Below are positions 10,433 to 21,115 of a stretch of DNA of 64,000 nucleotides, one piece after another. The stretch covers positions 3,104,001 to 3,168,000 of the forward strand of contig OZ242318.1 of assembly GCA_965208105.1 (NCBI GenBank), in the 5' to 3' direction. Each line of letters opens with the position of its first letter. The stretch's first letter is position 1. The notes under the pieces are model-generated. The model searched no databases. It was not told the DNA's origin and saw only the letters and a list, made by a program, of their open reading frames with translations. The position numbers and the translations under genes were made by a program. Source of the stretch: Candidatus Latescibacterota bacterium (GTDB lineage: Bacteria; Latescibacterota; UBA2968; UBA8231).

Positions 10433-11284
10433 TCAGACGTCTTCGGCCAGGGTTTTAAGGGAATGATGCCGCGAAGGGTGGCGCAGTCTGCTCAGGGCGC
10501 GCTCCTTGAGCTGGCGCACGCGCTCCCGGGTCACGCCGATCAGGCTGCCGATCTGCTCCAGGGTGAGAGCTTCGTGGCCATCGAGCCCGAAGTAGAGACG
10601 GATGATGCGCAGCTCGCGCTCGTCCAGATTGACCAGCACGCTCTCCAGCTGAGCCCGGGCCGAGGCGCTGAGCACCTCCGTGTCCGGCGAAGCCTGATGG
10701 GGGTCGGCCAGGATGTTGAGCAGGCTGCGCTCGTCGTCTTCGGTGAAGGCCTCGTCCAGCGATCGCACCGCGCGCGCGCTCAGCAGGGTCTCCCGCACCT
10801 CCTCGGCCGACACGTCCAACTCCTGGGCGATCTCCTCCACGTCGGGCTCGCCTTCGCGTCCCTGGCCCAGCCGCCGCGCGGTCTTGGAGATGTCCTTGAG
10901 CAGGCTCACCTTGTTCATGGGCAGGCGCACGGTGCGGGCGTGCTCGGCGATGCTCTGGAGGATGGATTGCTTGATCCACCATACGGCGTAGGAGATGAAC
11001 TTGTAGCCCTTGGTGCCGTCGAAGCGCTCGGCGGCGGTGAGCAGGCCCACGTTGCCGGCGCTGATCAGGTCGGCCAGCGAGAGGCCGCGGTTCTGGTAGT
11101 TTTTGGCCACGTCGATGACGAATCGCAGGTTGGCCTGGACGAGTTCGTCGCGGGCGTCCCTGTGGCCCTCCTGGATGCGGGCAGCCAGTTCGACTTCGCG
11201 CTCGCGCGACAGCGGCCTCGACTCGGCGATGTCGTCGAAATAGAGACGCAGGATATTCTCTTTGTCACTCAGAGTTTCGTGCAT
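10433..11284 (-). CDS. RNA polymerase sigma-70 factor, RpoD/SigA type lacking region 1.1
   Basis: [40 protein letters not shown], region 4 [11 protein letters not shown]. Confidence 0.92.
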   Translation of the reverse strand: MHETLSDKENILRLYFDDIAESRPLSREREVELAARIQEGHRDARDELVQANLRFVIDVAKNYQNRGLSLADLISAGNVGLLTAAERFDGTKGYKFISYAVWWIKQSILQSIAEHARTVRLPMNKVSLLKDISKTARRLGQGREGEPDVEEIAQELDVSAEEVRETLLSARAVRSLDEAFTEDDERSLLNILADPHQASPDTEVLSASARAQLESVLVNLDERELRIIRLYFGLDGHEALTLEQIGSLIGVTRERVRQLKERALSRLRHPSRHHSLKTLAEDV

Positions 11285-11545
11285 ATAAATCCTGTCTTTA
11301 GAGGCAAGTCAGCGAGAAATTCAATTCAGGTCAAGGGCTCTTTGCTTGGAAGATGCGGATCTGGGCAATCCCTCCATGTTTATGATACGTTACCGCAGGT
11401 CAGATATCAACAAAAACTTGATCTTTCACCCCGGTCCGATCTGCGGATAAGGATATAACCTTTTACATTTATTGATGTTAGACCAATTAGGTCCAGATTC
11501 ATCACAGAGCGGCGAAGTATTCCTATCGAAAACGGATTCCGAGGT

Positions 11546-13798
11546 CTATTCGGTCCAAAAGGCGTAGAGATCCGCATTGCGGAGGTAGAAACGCAAACGG
11601 ACGAGTTGTCCCTTCAGGTCGTTTAGATTCCCTGATCCATTCCAGTTCACCTCCAGGCGCACGCCGTCCTCGCTCAAAGGCAATGCCTGTGCCCGTGACC
11701 AGTCTTCCAGCACTGCGCCGTCCTCGTCCAGGATCTCCACCTCTACTTCACCTTCAGCAGCGTCCGCGTTGATCCACAGGGTGGAGCCGCGCCAAGCCAG
11801 GGGCCTGGTCAGCAGGACCCCTTCGTCTTCATCGGCGTCGAGGGAGACGAAGCCGTCCCGGCGCAGCACCGCCAGGCAGATCGCTCCCCTGTCTTCATCG
11901 TACCCGGGCAGGAGAACGATCTCTCCGTGGGGGAAGGTGCCCTCGTAGCGCCAGCCGCCGCGATACTTGATGCCGGTGTAGTAGAACCACAGCTCGTCGT
12001 CGCGCACCAGGGCATTGGAAGGGCCGATGAGCTGGGTGAGATCGTAGGCCCCCGAATCGCGCCGCGAGGGGCCGATGAAGGGCTGGCGGTCGCCGACGCG
12101 CTCCCACTCTTTCAGGTCGCGGCTGACGGCCAGCTGGACCAGGTGGAAGCCCACGGTGTTGGGGTAGTTGGGCACCGGCCCGACGGCGTGGTAGAGGGAG
12201 GGGGTGCCGATGTAGACCGATTCGTAGCGGAAGACCCCCATGTTGTAGGTGTCGACATTGTAGACGCTGGGATCGTTCCAGGGGGGGTGGTGCAGGCTTT
12301 CGTCGGCTAATCGGGCGGCGATATTGCGGCGCCCGAGCTCCTGGTCGAGGTCGTCGGCGTGGAAGATAATCCTGCCCTCCGTCCAATTTTCAAAATCCCT
12401 GCTGAGGACAAGGTAGACCGAGCGGCCGTATGGTCCGCTTCGCTTGACGGTGGCGATGTAGAGACGGTCCTCGGCGTCGAGGGAGAAATTCCACTCGTCG
12501 GAACTGCGAATGGTGACCAGGACTTCCCTGGTCTGGCCTTCAATCCGGAGCTCCCGCTTTTGAACGCTCCAACTCATGCCGTCCGGAGAATGGGCCGATT
12601 TTTTCGGACTGAAAGATTTGTACCGGCGTGCCGGGTCGGGATCGAAAGGATCGAAGACAACCTCGCCGGTCGACTCGATGGGTGGATCCCACAGGGTCCA
12701 GTGCAGGCCATCGGTGCTGAAGCGGCAGAGGCGGTCGATGAGCCAAATCTTGAACACACCGTCCAGGGGGTCCCAGAACACCGTGCTCCGCGTCTGCAGC
12801 CCGGTTTCCCCTGCCGGCCAGTTGGGCCGGATCACGGCACCCTTCTTCACCGGCTGATGCATTACCCGACGCAGGCGCCTCGCTTCCTCCATGACGAAGT
12901 CGTCGAGGAAGAGCTGGCGCTGACCTTCTTTGAGAAAAACGACATTTTCGCGAACATCTTCTTCGACGGTAAAGGTAATTGCGGTGTCAGCGTTCACCGC
13001 CACCCCGGCTCGTTCAAAAGGGATGAGCTTGAAGCCGTCGATCATCACGCGGTAACTGCGGCCCTGAACAATTTTGCCTGCCCTTGAAAGTGGCTGCGGC
13101 TCGCCTTCCACCAGGTCGAGGCCGGAAAGTCCTCCTGGCAGACTTTTGGCCGATTTTCTGCCGCCCTGGGACCTGGAGAGGCCTGACAGGCCGGAGAGCG
13201 TCCCCGGCGCTGGCCTGCTGGAGATACCGTCCACCAGCACCATCTTGCGCGACTCGGTGAAGGAGCCAGCCACCAGGCGGTAGAAGTAGACGCCCGACGC
13301 CAGCCCGCGACCGCTGTCGTCGCGCCCATCCCACACCAGACCGTGAGGTCCCGCCTCCTGCAGTTCATCCACCAGAGTCCGGACGCGCTGCCCCAGGCTG
13401 TTGTAGATTTCCAGCCGCACCGGCACAGCCTCGGGCAGCTGGTAGGAGATCACAGTGCCGGGGTTGAAGGGGTTGGGGTAGTTCTGATTCAGCTTGAAGG
13501 AGATGGGTTTGGCGCGGTCGTCGCCCCCCACGTTGGTAGAGGCGTCAAGATCGATCTCGTAGTTCCCCTGGCCATCGGTGACGGCGGCGAAGAATTCACG
13601 AGGGTCGCTCTCGTTGGCGAAAACGATCTCGGCGCCGGCGACGCCGATCATCTTCCTCCACTCTTTTCCCACGATCGGGTCCAGCATTTGCACGCTACCC
13701 TTCACCTTGAGACCGGAGACAGGGCCGGCGATCGCCACCAGGAGCAAGCTGGCCACGAAGAGGAAAGCCCGAGCAGGATTAAATTTTTGGGCCATCAC
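11546..13798 (-). CDS. secreted protein with internal FlgD-Ig/T9SS-like domain and glycoside hydrolase-like beta-propeller
   Basis: Signal peptide; LNQNYPNPFNP...WDGRDDSG..LASGVYFY; RQLFLDD, SPDG..W and SRD...W boxes, ELWFYY, LRRDGFVSL. Confidence 0.75.
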   Translation of the reverse strand: MMAQKFNPARAFLFVASLLLVAIAGPVSGLKVKGSVQMLDPIVGKEWRKMIGVAGAEIVFANESDPREFFAAVTDGQGNYEIDLDASTNVGGDDRAKPISFKLNQNYPNPFNPGTVISYQLPEAVPVRLEIYNSLGQRVRTLVDELQEAGPHGLVWDGRDDSGRGLASGVYFYRLVAGSFTESRKMVLVDGISSRPAPGTLSGLSGLSRSQGGRKSAKSLPGGLSGLDLVEGEPQPLSRAGKIVQGRSYRVMIDGFKLIPFERAGVAVNADTAITFTVEEDVRENVVFLKEGQRQLFLDDFVMEEARRLRRVMHQPVKKGAVIRPNWPAGETGLQTRSTVFWDPLDGVFKIWLIDRLCRFSTDGLHWTLWDPPIESTGEVVFDPFDPDPARRYKSFSPKKSAHSPDGMSWSVQKRELRIEGQTREVLVTIRSSDEWNFSLDAEDRLYIATVKRSGPYGRSVYLVLSRDFENWTEGRIIFHADDLDQELGRRNIAARLADESLHHPPWNDPSVYNVDTYNMGVFRYESVYIGTPSLYHAVGPVPNYPNTVGFHLVQLAVSRDLKEWERVGDRQPFIGPSRRDSGAYDLTQLIGPSNALVRDDELWFYYTGIKYRGGWRYEGTFPHGEIVLLPGYDEDRGAICLAVLRRDGFVSLDADEDEGVLLTRPLAWRGSTLWINADAAEGEVEVEILDEDGAVLEDWSRAQALPLSEDGVRLEVNWNGSGNLNDLKGQLVRLRFYLRNADLYAFWTE

Positions 13799-13913
13799 GC
13801 CTGCTTTATTTATTGGTCAAAGGCGGCCGGACAGGGGCATTCCGGTCGAAGGAGAAGGCCAGGTGCTGCAGCGAGGGTACGCCATGGCGCCGGAAGAAGG
13901 TCGCTTCCATTGG

Positions 13914-13937
13914 TGGTGCCGAAGGTGGGACTCGAAC
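13914..13937 (-). mobile_element. att site: displaced 3' end of a tRNA-Leu gene marking the island boundary
   Basis: Minus strand reads GTTCGAGTCCCACCTTCGGCACCA (T-loop, acceptor strand, CCA); no tRNA 5' part adjacent; abrupt switch to AT-rich DNA. Confidence 0.85.
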
Positions 13938-13992
13938 AAAATACGTAACCCATTGATATTTAAAATTTTATAAACTCAAACATTTTTCTTTC

Positions 13993-14011
13993 CCCACGAA
14001 TAAACCCACGA
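13993..14011. repeat. tandem CCCACGA direct repeats, candidate integrase arm sites
   Basis: CCCACGA at 13993 and 14005, about 55 bp inside the att core. Confidence 0.45.
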
Positions 14012-14772
14012 TATTCGGGCCATCTAATTTGTTTGACTCCTTATAACCCCGACAAATCAGGCTGAAACTCATCGCATGTGGCCGTCATTTTCGCCAATTG
14101 AAACTCCGAATCTGACCTGTGCCCACTAGTAATGCCACACTCCAAGGTAGATCCGGAATCATCTGGAGTCCATCCTTCTGGAATGAATTCTTTCCCTGAC
14201 CACAGAGCATGACGGTCTTGTCCATCAATCTATAAGGACCAGGACCTTAGGAACCAAAATGAATAATCATTAACTTTATGTTTATTTTGGTCTTTTCGGT
14301 AATTTCTAATTTTGATTGTCACTATTGATTCTACCATATTGTGCTGTCCCCACTTATGTAGGTTTGCCCGGTTACTTCAAAATGATCCTTATTTCACTAC
14401 ATTCTGCCCAATCGACGTAGCAAATCAACTTGCGCCTTGCCCACCATGAAGTATTTTATTGTGTGTGAGGAGGGACGGTTTTGGATTTATTATGGTCCAG
14501 AAGAAGTTTCTTATCAAATCCATCTCTAGTAGTTCCTCGCTCGCCTGTTGCCTCCGATTTTTTGGTCGGAGGCTTCTCTCCCCTCCCAAGTTCCACTGGA
14601 ATTTGACCTTCCATTAGAATTGGCAAGTTATGTCCAAATTAAGGGGATTGGACTGCTTGAAACCTAGTGGTCTTGGCACCGCAATTGTCTTTTCAATTTG
14701 GCATCTGACCTGCTGGCTATCGTATAGTTCCGGCTACCGACTCACACCTCCGCAACTCCTAAGAGCCAGAGC

Positions 14773-15710
14773 ATGGAGCCATCCGAGGTATATCTCGACA
14801 ACAATGCCACGACTCAGCCGCTTCCGGAGGTTCGTGCTGCGGTTTCGGAGGCATTGGGAGAGGCTTTCGGTAATCCATCTAGTATCCACGCAGCGGGTGA
14901 ACGAACCCGCCAGCAGTTAAACAAAGCTAGGTCTCTTCTAGCCTCTTTGCTTGGCTGTGAGCCTTCTAAGGTCATCTTCACAAGCGGGGCTACTGAGGCC
15001 AACAATACGATCCTTGGTAGTTTTTCTGGTCCTGGCCGAAGGATCGTGACCACTGTGGTGGAACATTCCTCTATTGTGCAAGCTCTGGCAAGGACGGCTC
15101 TTGAGGGGACGGATGTCGTCTTCCTACCAGTTGACAGGAATGGGATGGTGGATTTGGACCATCTTCGCAAGGAGATCGCCAAAAAGACCGACTTGGTATC
15201 GATCCAGTGGGTAAATAGTGAAACGGGCGTTATTCAGGCCGTCGAGGAAGTTGGTCGCTTGTGCTTCGAGGCGGGGGTCCCCTTCCACACAGATGCCGCG
15301 CAGGCGGTTGGAAAATTGCCCGTGAAATTGGAGGCTCTACCGATCGACTACGCATCGGTTGCGGGACACAAGTTTCACAGCCCGCAGGGGGTAGGTGCTA
15401 TCTACCTGCGGGACAGGACCCATCTTAGCGGACTCATGGCCGGCGGAGATCAAGAATCTGGCCTACGCGCAGGAACCGAGAACGTGCCGGGAATTGTTGG
15501 GATGGGATGTGCGGCGGGAATTCGCAAGACTTCCCTGAATGAAACGATTACCCAACTCAGGCACCTCCGCAATTTGTTTGAGAGGGAGGTCATAGCCGTA
15601 TGTGACGGCGTCTCGGTAAACGGCGGATGCCATGACCGAGTATGTAACACAAGTAGTTTGCTTTTTGAAGAGGTGGATGGAGAGGCGCTGGTAGTGAGGT
15701 TGGACCAGCG
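14773..15710 (+). pseudogene. cysteine desulfurase (IscS/DndA/SspA-like), 3'-truncated
   Basis: YLDNNATT, GNPSS.H, FTSGATEANN, HTDAAQAVGK, HKF..PQG, RAGTENV motifs; homology stops at EALVVRLDQ before the catalytic Cys loop, where IS630 sequence begins. Confidence 0.85.
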
Positions 15711-16054
15711 GTGCTCACTTTCCTCAAGGCCATCCGGCACCGCTACCGCAAGGCCCAACGCATCTACCTCGTTCTGGACAATTTGTCGACGCACGCGACC
15801 CAAAAGATTCGGCAATGGTGTCGGCAGCATCGAGTCTCCCTCGTCTTCACCGCTACCAACGCCTCCTGGATGAACCGTCTCGAATGCCATCTGACGGCCG
15901 CCCACTACTTCGTCATCAAGAACAGCGACCCAAGGGACCATCGAGACATCGGCCAGCGCATGCAGGAATACCTCGTATGGAGAAATCGAAACCAGGACGA
16001 TGCCAAGCTCGCCAAAATACAAAATTCAATGCCGACTCTTTAACAGCGCACTAG
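15711..16054 (+). mobile_element. IS630 family 3' remnant
   Basis: IYLVLDNLSTH, ASWMNRLE motifs; terminus TTAACAGCGCACTAG. Confidence 0.85.
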
Positions 16055-17302
16055 TGCTCGTTCAATGTAGTGTTGCCGAATAAAGGGCCTAGACAAATCG
16101 GTGAGCATGCGGTACCTTTCGAAATCCCCTTTGCTGAGAAAGGAGCACCGCGTTGCCCAAGAAGAAATACATCGTCACACTCACCGCTGAAGAGCGTGGT
16201 TTTCTGCGCGATCTCATCTCTAAGGGAAAGGCGGCAGCCTTCAAGCAACGGCATGCGAGAATTCTCCTGAAAACCGATCAAGGGCCACAGGGTGACGGCT
16301 GGACGGACGAAAAGATCGAGCAAGCACTCGAGGTGAACGCCAGCACCGTCGAGCGTCTCCGGAGACGCTTTGTAGAAGAAGGTTTGGAGGCGGCGCTGCA
16401 GCGAAAAGAGCAGAAGAATCGCCGGGCTAAGAAGATCGACGGAGAAGCGGAAGCCCAGCTCGTGGCCATAGCCTGCAGTAAGCCGCCGGAGGGCCGTAAG
16501 TCCTGGACCTTGAAATTGCTAACAGACCAATTGGTGTCATTGGACATTGTCGACAGCGTCAGTCTCGAAACCGTTCGTAAGACGCTAAAAAAAACGAGCT
16601 GAAGCCGTGGCGGCAGGAAATGTGGTGTTTGCCGGGTGCGCCCAGCAGCGAGTTTGTCTGCGCCATGGAGGACGTCTTGGATGTCTACACCCGACCCTAC
16701 GATCCCCAACACCCTACGGTATGTGTGGACGAAACCAGCAAGCAACTGGTGGGGGAAGTGGAGACGCCGTTGCCGGCAGCGCCTGGGTATCCGGCGCGCT
16801 ATGATCATCACTGCGTCCGCAACGGCGTGGCCAATCTTTTCATGATGCTGGAACCGCTTACGGGCCATTGCCAGGTTAAGGTTACCGAGCGTCGTACCAA
16901 GAAAGACTGGGCGTTGCTGATGAAAGATCTGGTGGATCGGCACTACCCCCACGCTGATACCATCACGTTGGTCATGGACAATCTGAGTTCGCATCAAAAA
17001 GCGGCTCTGTACGACGTCTTCCCACCGACGGAGGCCAAACGCATCGCCGACAAAATTGATATCCATTTCACACCGAAACGAGGCAGCTGGCTCAATATGG
17101 CCGAGATTGGCTTGAACGTGCTCTCCCGCCAGTGCCTCGATCGGCGCATCGCCACGATTCAACAGCTGGGTAAACAAGCGAAAGCATGGCTAAAGCAGCG
17201 TCAGACAAACCCACCTATTGTCAACGGGCAATTCACCACCGACGATGCGCGTATAAAGTTGCACCGTCTCTATCCGGCATTACTGCCTAGTTGAACCACT
17301 AG
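16051..17302 (+). mobile_element. IS630 family element; split transposase 16153-16602 + 16620-17294, probable -1 frameshift
   Basis: HTH ORF MPKKKYIVTLT; poly-A slippery run near 16590; DDE ORF with CVDETSKQL, VMDNL, GSWLNMAE; CTAG at both ends. Confidence 0.9.
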
Positions 17303-17354
17303 TAGATCTGGGCCGGCGTGGTATAGCCCAATGCTTGATAGACCTTGTTGTAGA

Positions 17355-17596
17355 AGTCAATACACCTCCATCGCCTTGGGCCAGCGCTGTAAAGCCGCGG
17401 GGGTACGGCCGTCGATGGGCTCGGTGGACGATTGCTTCGACAATGCCCTGTGCGAAAGTTTCTTTGCTACCCTAGAATGCGAACTCATAGATCGCTATAC
17501 CTTTCGCTCTCAAGCCCAGGCTCGCATCGCCCTTTTCCGGTTTATCGAGGGTTGGTACAACCCCTATCGCAGCTACTCGACCATAGACTATATTCA
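17355..17596 (+). pseudogene. IS3 family transposase C-terminal fragment
   Basis: QYTS, RPSMGSV.DCFDNALCESFFATLECE, FIEGWYN motifs. Confidence 0.8.
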
Positions 17597-17597
17597 G

Positions 17598-20546
17598 CTA
17601 CGAAAAGAGATGGAAGGAAGGTCCAGAAATCTCAAGTCCAAAATGGGTCAAATTCTTATCCATCCCGAGGTCATATCTGCGCTCCCGCCTGCGAAACGCG
17701 TCCGATCCGCCTTCCAAAATTCGGCACACATGCTGCCTGATGCTGCTATGAGAAGGGCGATCATTTTCAAGAGCACCGGCTTGGTAAGTGATATGGGGAA
17801 GTCCGTTTTCTCGTCGTTCGCAGCGTGCCACGATAACCTGCTCAGAATCGGCATTCACAACTAAATTAGGGTTGTGGGTAATCAAAATTATCTGGCGCCT
17901 CGACTTAGCGGATTTGAAGCAGGTAGTCAGTAGTTGGTAGATTGATTCGTTGTCGAGGTTTTCGTCTGGCTGGTCGACGATTAGGGGTCGCGTGTCGGAA
18001 ACATCCATATTCAGGTACAGGATTAGGAGAACAATTCCCTTCGTTCCTGGTGAGAGCTTTTCAAGTTCGACTCCGTTGTACTTCAAACCGTATGTTAGAC
18101 TGACGTGGTTGAGTTCGTACACCCATTGGAGAAGGTCTTGACCTGTAACCTCAGTGCGAAGGTAACTACGAGGTAAACGGTCCTGCCGTCTGAATTCGGA
18201 AAGAAACTTCACCATCGCAGGACGAATTCTATCTGGGGTGCCAGAGGTCCATGCCGGAACCAGTATCCTGGCGGCGGAGGCGGCCAGCTCACTCATTGAC
18301 CCGTACGGTAGCGTCCGTCGCTGATCAAAGAGGGCGATTCCTCGTTCAAGCCAAATATCGAGATCGGCCTCCCAACGAATGGAGAATTCAAGCTCTTGCT
18401 CTGGAGGCGACACCTTAGCCGAAGCCAGATGTGCCTTGACCGGCGCGTATAGCTGCTCAAGGGTTTCTTGTTCTTTTTTTAGGTTCTTGAAGTAAGAAAC
18501 ATAAGCTTCTAACCGTTCCTCATAGGCGGAATCCATGCGCTGCCTGTCAGGCCCTTCGATCTGAGAAATCTCAGTTTTGACCCGCTGAAGCTCAATCCCA
18601 ATTTTTGCTATCCGGGTCTGGATGACCCGAGTACGCTCCTGCCGGGCCTTGTCGGCCGTTTCCATTTGAGCCAAGATCTTGATCTGCCTTTCCAACCAAC
18701 GAAGCGAATTCCTCTCCGGGTTATCGGCTGCTCCTTCTTTACGATCAATCGCCTGCTGGATGGCCACCAAACGCCTTTCCAGCGGTGGCTCGGTATCAGC
18801 AGGGAAGCAAGGCCGAAACGGACCGCGGTCCTTTTCAGGCACTCCGATTTCATCGAGGAGTCCATCAAGTTCCTTCACAAACCGCTTAATTTGGCCCTGA
18901 AAGGTGTTCACTCTCGAACGGATGTCTACAACCTTCTGAAGGCTATGTTTTTCACCAGCAATATTCTGCTGGAGGGTTGCGAGCCTTTCGCGTAAATTCT
19001 GTAGGTCCTCCTGTCGCCGCTCCTCTTCCTGGGTAGACGGTCTTGGAATTTGATTAATTAGGCTGTCTCGCTCCTTGGTTAGAGCGGTTATCCGGTTTTT
19101 CTTTTCCGGGAGTTTACGAGCGTTTTCCCGAAGGGCACACTCTTCCCGGATCAGCCTGACAACTTCATCGCGTAATTCGTCACCTTGATCCCGGATACCT
19201 TTCGTACGAAGGGCTCTCAGCTCCTCGAAGTTGGAAGCGTTCAGGGTTTCGGTCGGATCTAGATTAGAAAAGACAACTGCTTCGATCTCTCCGACCAGTT
19301 CTGTGCCGATGTGGTCTTCAGAACAAAGCCGCTCGACGAATTTCTGCGAGAGATAGCGAACTCTGGGACTTCCCAATTGATCGTCCCTGAGTCTTGCCAC
19401 CGTTTGTCCGCCTTCAGCCCAGGTAAGGGTGACCGATAGTTCCTGAAGGTGATTGCCAGCACGTCTGATGAAGCTAGCGGATTCTTCCGTAATCCAGCTA
19501 CCAGCCGCATATGCCGCGACTTCCGCTAAGGCTGACTTCCCAGATCCCTTTTGGCCGATGACCGACACAAGACCAGCGTTTAGTGGAATATTCACATCTT
19601 CAAACCAGCCATCCGAGCCAGCAAGGGAAATGGATTTGATTATTCGCGCTTTATCATGATACAATGGCGGGGTAGGCCCGATATAAACCCGATCCGCTGG
19701 CTCATATAAGATCTGCCTAAGTCCCTCGAAGGTTGGGTCTGCCTTGATCCAGCAGAATCGATCCTGGTCGGGATGAAAAAGCGTGGCAATATCGTGCGCG
19801 TCCGAACCATGAAGACATGGGCGCGGCCCCCCAAGACGCTCGACAGTTTCGTGTTCCTCTTGAGACCGCTGTCCCAGCCAGAACTCGCGCTCTCCAGGGC
19901 GCCCCGAGAATAGGATCTGGCTGAAGCGGGTAATCTCGTCGCGTAGAGCTGCCCACGCACCATCCCGTCTAAAGCCAGAAAGGCCGTCTGTCCCTGCAGC
20001 TACCGCGATTAGGGCGTTCTGCTGAAGCCAATGCTCACGGTTGAACCAATCCCGAAAGGCAGTGAAGTCGATCTTATACTGTAGTGCACCGGCTGAAAGG
20101 GCAGCTGCCTCATCCTTGATCTCCGGATCGAATGCCCTTCCAAGGGCCATTAGCTGATCGGGAAGACAGGAATATCGCTGTTGGTTAAACTCCCAATTCA
20201 GTCTACCCAGAGCGTTCTTGATCTGGTGCTCGTGCTGAGGGTCATCTGGGGAGATCAGCAGATGAATGTTGACGGCTGTCGCCTTGTCTGTAGGTGGGGC
20301 TAGCCTGAACTCGATATTTGGAATCAATAGGTCGATTTCTGGTATCCGACCTCGCTCCTTGTGATCCTTTAGAATCGAGTAGGTCTCAATCGAAAGGTAA
20401 TCTGTGACTCCAAGGACGCGTACTTCATCCTGAGACTCGATAGCCTGGAGATACCCATCCCAATCGCCAAACCTATCATTGAGTAAGGTTCCTGGAGCAT
20501 GAACATGTAGATCCCAGCGTCGCCACTCTGATCCTCTTGGATACAT
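17598..20546 (-). CDS. PHP-domain + ABC/AAA ATPase fusion (TrlF/Ppl-type anti-phage protein)
   Basis: GSEWRRWDLHVHAP, GVTDY, GSDAH, WIKADPTFEGL, Walker A GQKGSGKS, coiled coil, LSPGTKG, PLIVDQPDENLD, THNPNLVV, ILEGG motifs. Confidence 0.88.
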   Translation of the reverse strand: MYPRGSEWRRWDLHVHAPGTLLNDRFGDWDGYLQAIESQDEVRVLGVTDYLSIETYSILKDHKERGRIPEIDLLIPNIEFRLAPPTDKATAVNIHLLISPDDPQHEHQIKNALGRLNWEFNQQRYSCLPDQLMALGRAFDPEIKDEAAALSAGALQYKIDFTAFRDWFNREHWLQQNALIAVAAGTDGLSGFRRDGAWAALRDEITRFSQILFSGRPGEREFWLGQRSQEEHETVERLGGPRPCLHGSDAHDIATLFHPDQDRFCWIKADPTFEGLRQILYEPADRVYIGPTPPLYHDKARIIKSISLAGSDGWFEDVNIPLNAGLVSVIGQKGSGKSALAEVAAYAAGSWITEESASFIRRAGNHLQELSVTLTWAEGGQTVARLRDDQLGSPRVRYLSQKFVERLCSEDHIGTELVGEIEAVVFSNLDPTETLNASNFEELRALRTKGIRDQGDELRDEVVRLIREECALRENARKLPEKKNRITALTKERDSLINQIPRPSTQEEERRQEDLQNLRERLATLQQNIAGEKHSLQKVVDIRSRVNTFQGQIKRFVKELDGLLDEIGVPEKDRGPFRPCFPADTEPPLERRLVAIQQAIDRKEGAADNPERNSLRWLERQIKILAQMETADKARQERTRVIQTRIAKIGIELQRVKTEISQIEGPDRQRMDSAYEERLEAYVSYFKNLKKEQETLEQLYAPVKAHLASAKVSPPEQELEFSIRWEADLDIWLERGIALFDQRRTLPYGSMSELAASAARILVPAWTSGTPDRIRPAMVKFLSEFRRQDRLPRSYLRTEVTGQDLLQWVYELNHVSLTYGLKYNGVELEKLSPGTKGIVLLILYLNMDVSDTRPLIVDQPDENLDNESIYQLLTTCFKSAKSRRQIILITHNPNLVVNADSEQVIVARCERRENGLPHITYQAGALENDRPSHSSIRQHVCRILEGGSDAFRRRERRYDLGMDKNLTHFGLEISGPSFHLFS

Positions 20547-20875
20547 TTACAACCTCCTCTCCTCCAACTTACGAGGCCATTCGACCGAGCGGGCCCAACC
20601 GTCGATTGTAGATCGAATTTAATCACGGGATTCCACAAGTATTGTAGGTCCCCATCCTTACTCATAGGCCTCTTGATCATCCGTGAAGGTTGCCCCTACG
20701 GAAGGAGTACAGGTAAGTAAAATAGGCACATTGGGTGTGATCTCAACTAAAACAGCTATCATCACTCGGAGTGGTGAAGGTCCTTGACCCTGAACTCCTG
20801 TGATTAAAACCTATTATCCCAGCGCGTTACTTGGAGGGTCCACCCATCTCTTTCATGGTCGATGGGCAATAAATA

Positions 20876-21053
20876 TGGAGTTACCCCGGTTTAGTGGACA
20901 GTTTGGACTTGAAAAGGTGACCTGCCCCCAAGAGTGGTGCCAGTTTTTAAGTTAGTCCCGGAACCATAATGGGTCCATTCCGCAGGGGAGAATTCCCAGC
21001 CTGCCTCCTGGGCAGAAAGGCCTCCGGCGCTGGAGGCCGGTAGGCCAATGCGT
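20876..21053. mobile_element. nested IS3-family end remnants
   Basis: TGGAGTTACCCCGGTTTAGTGGACA end, followed from 20918 by a near-identical copy of the end of the 55199-56465 element. Confidence 0.8.
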
Positions 21054-21115
21054 CAGCGTGGTCGCTGTCGACTGGATCGCCGACCGCCAGCGTTTCTTCT
21101 GCATTGCCAATGCTC

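Noticed and set aside
9388-11458. Long plus-strand ORFs (9388-10359, 9432-10394, 10463-11458)
   Set aside because: Antisense shadows of floA and the sigma factor in GC-rich DNA; the same applies to 24529-25806, 49154-50092 and 61851-63460.
13914-13990. Complete tRNA gene
   Set aside because: Only the T-loop and acceptor 3' strand are present; adjacent DNA is AT-rich and cannot form D or anticodon arms.
14446-14573. 27-aa ORF followed by a hairpin
   Set aside because: No RBS or recognisable features; too weak to call.
15711-15873. C-terminal extension of the desulfurase ORF as a novel fusion
   Set aside because: It is out-of-frame read-through into the IS630 remnant.
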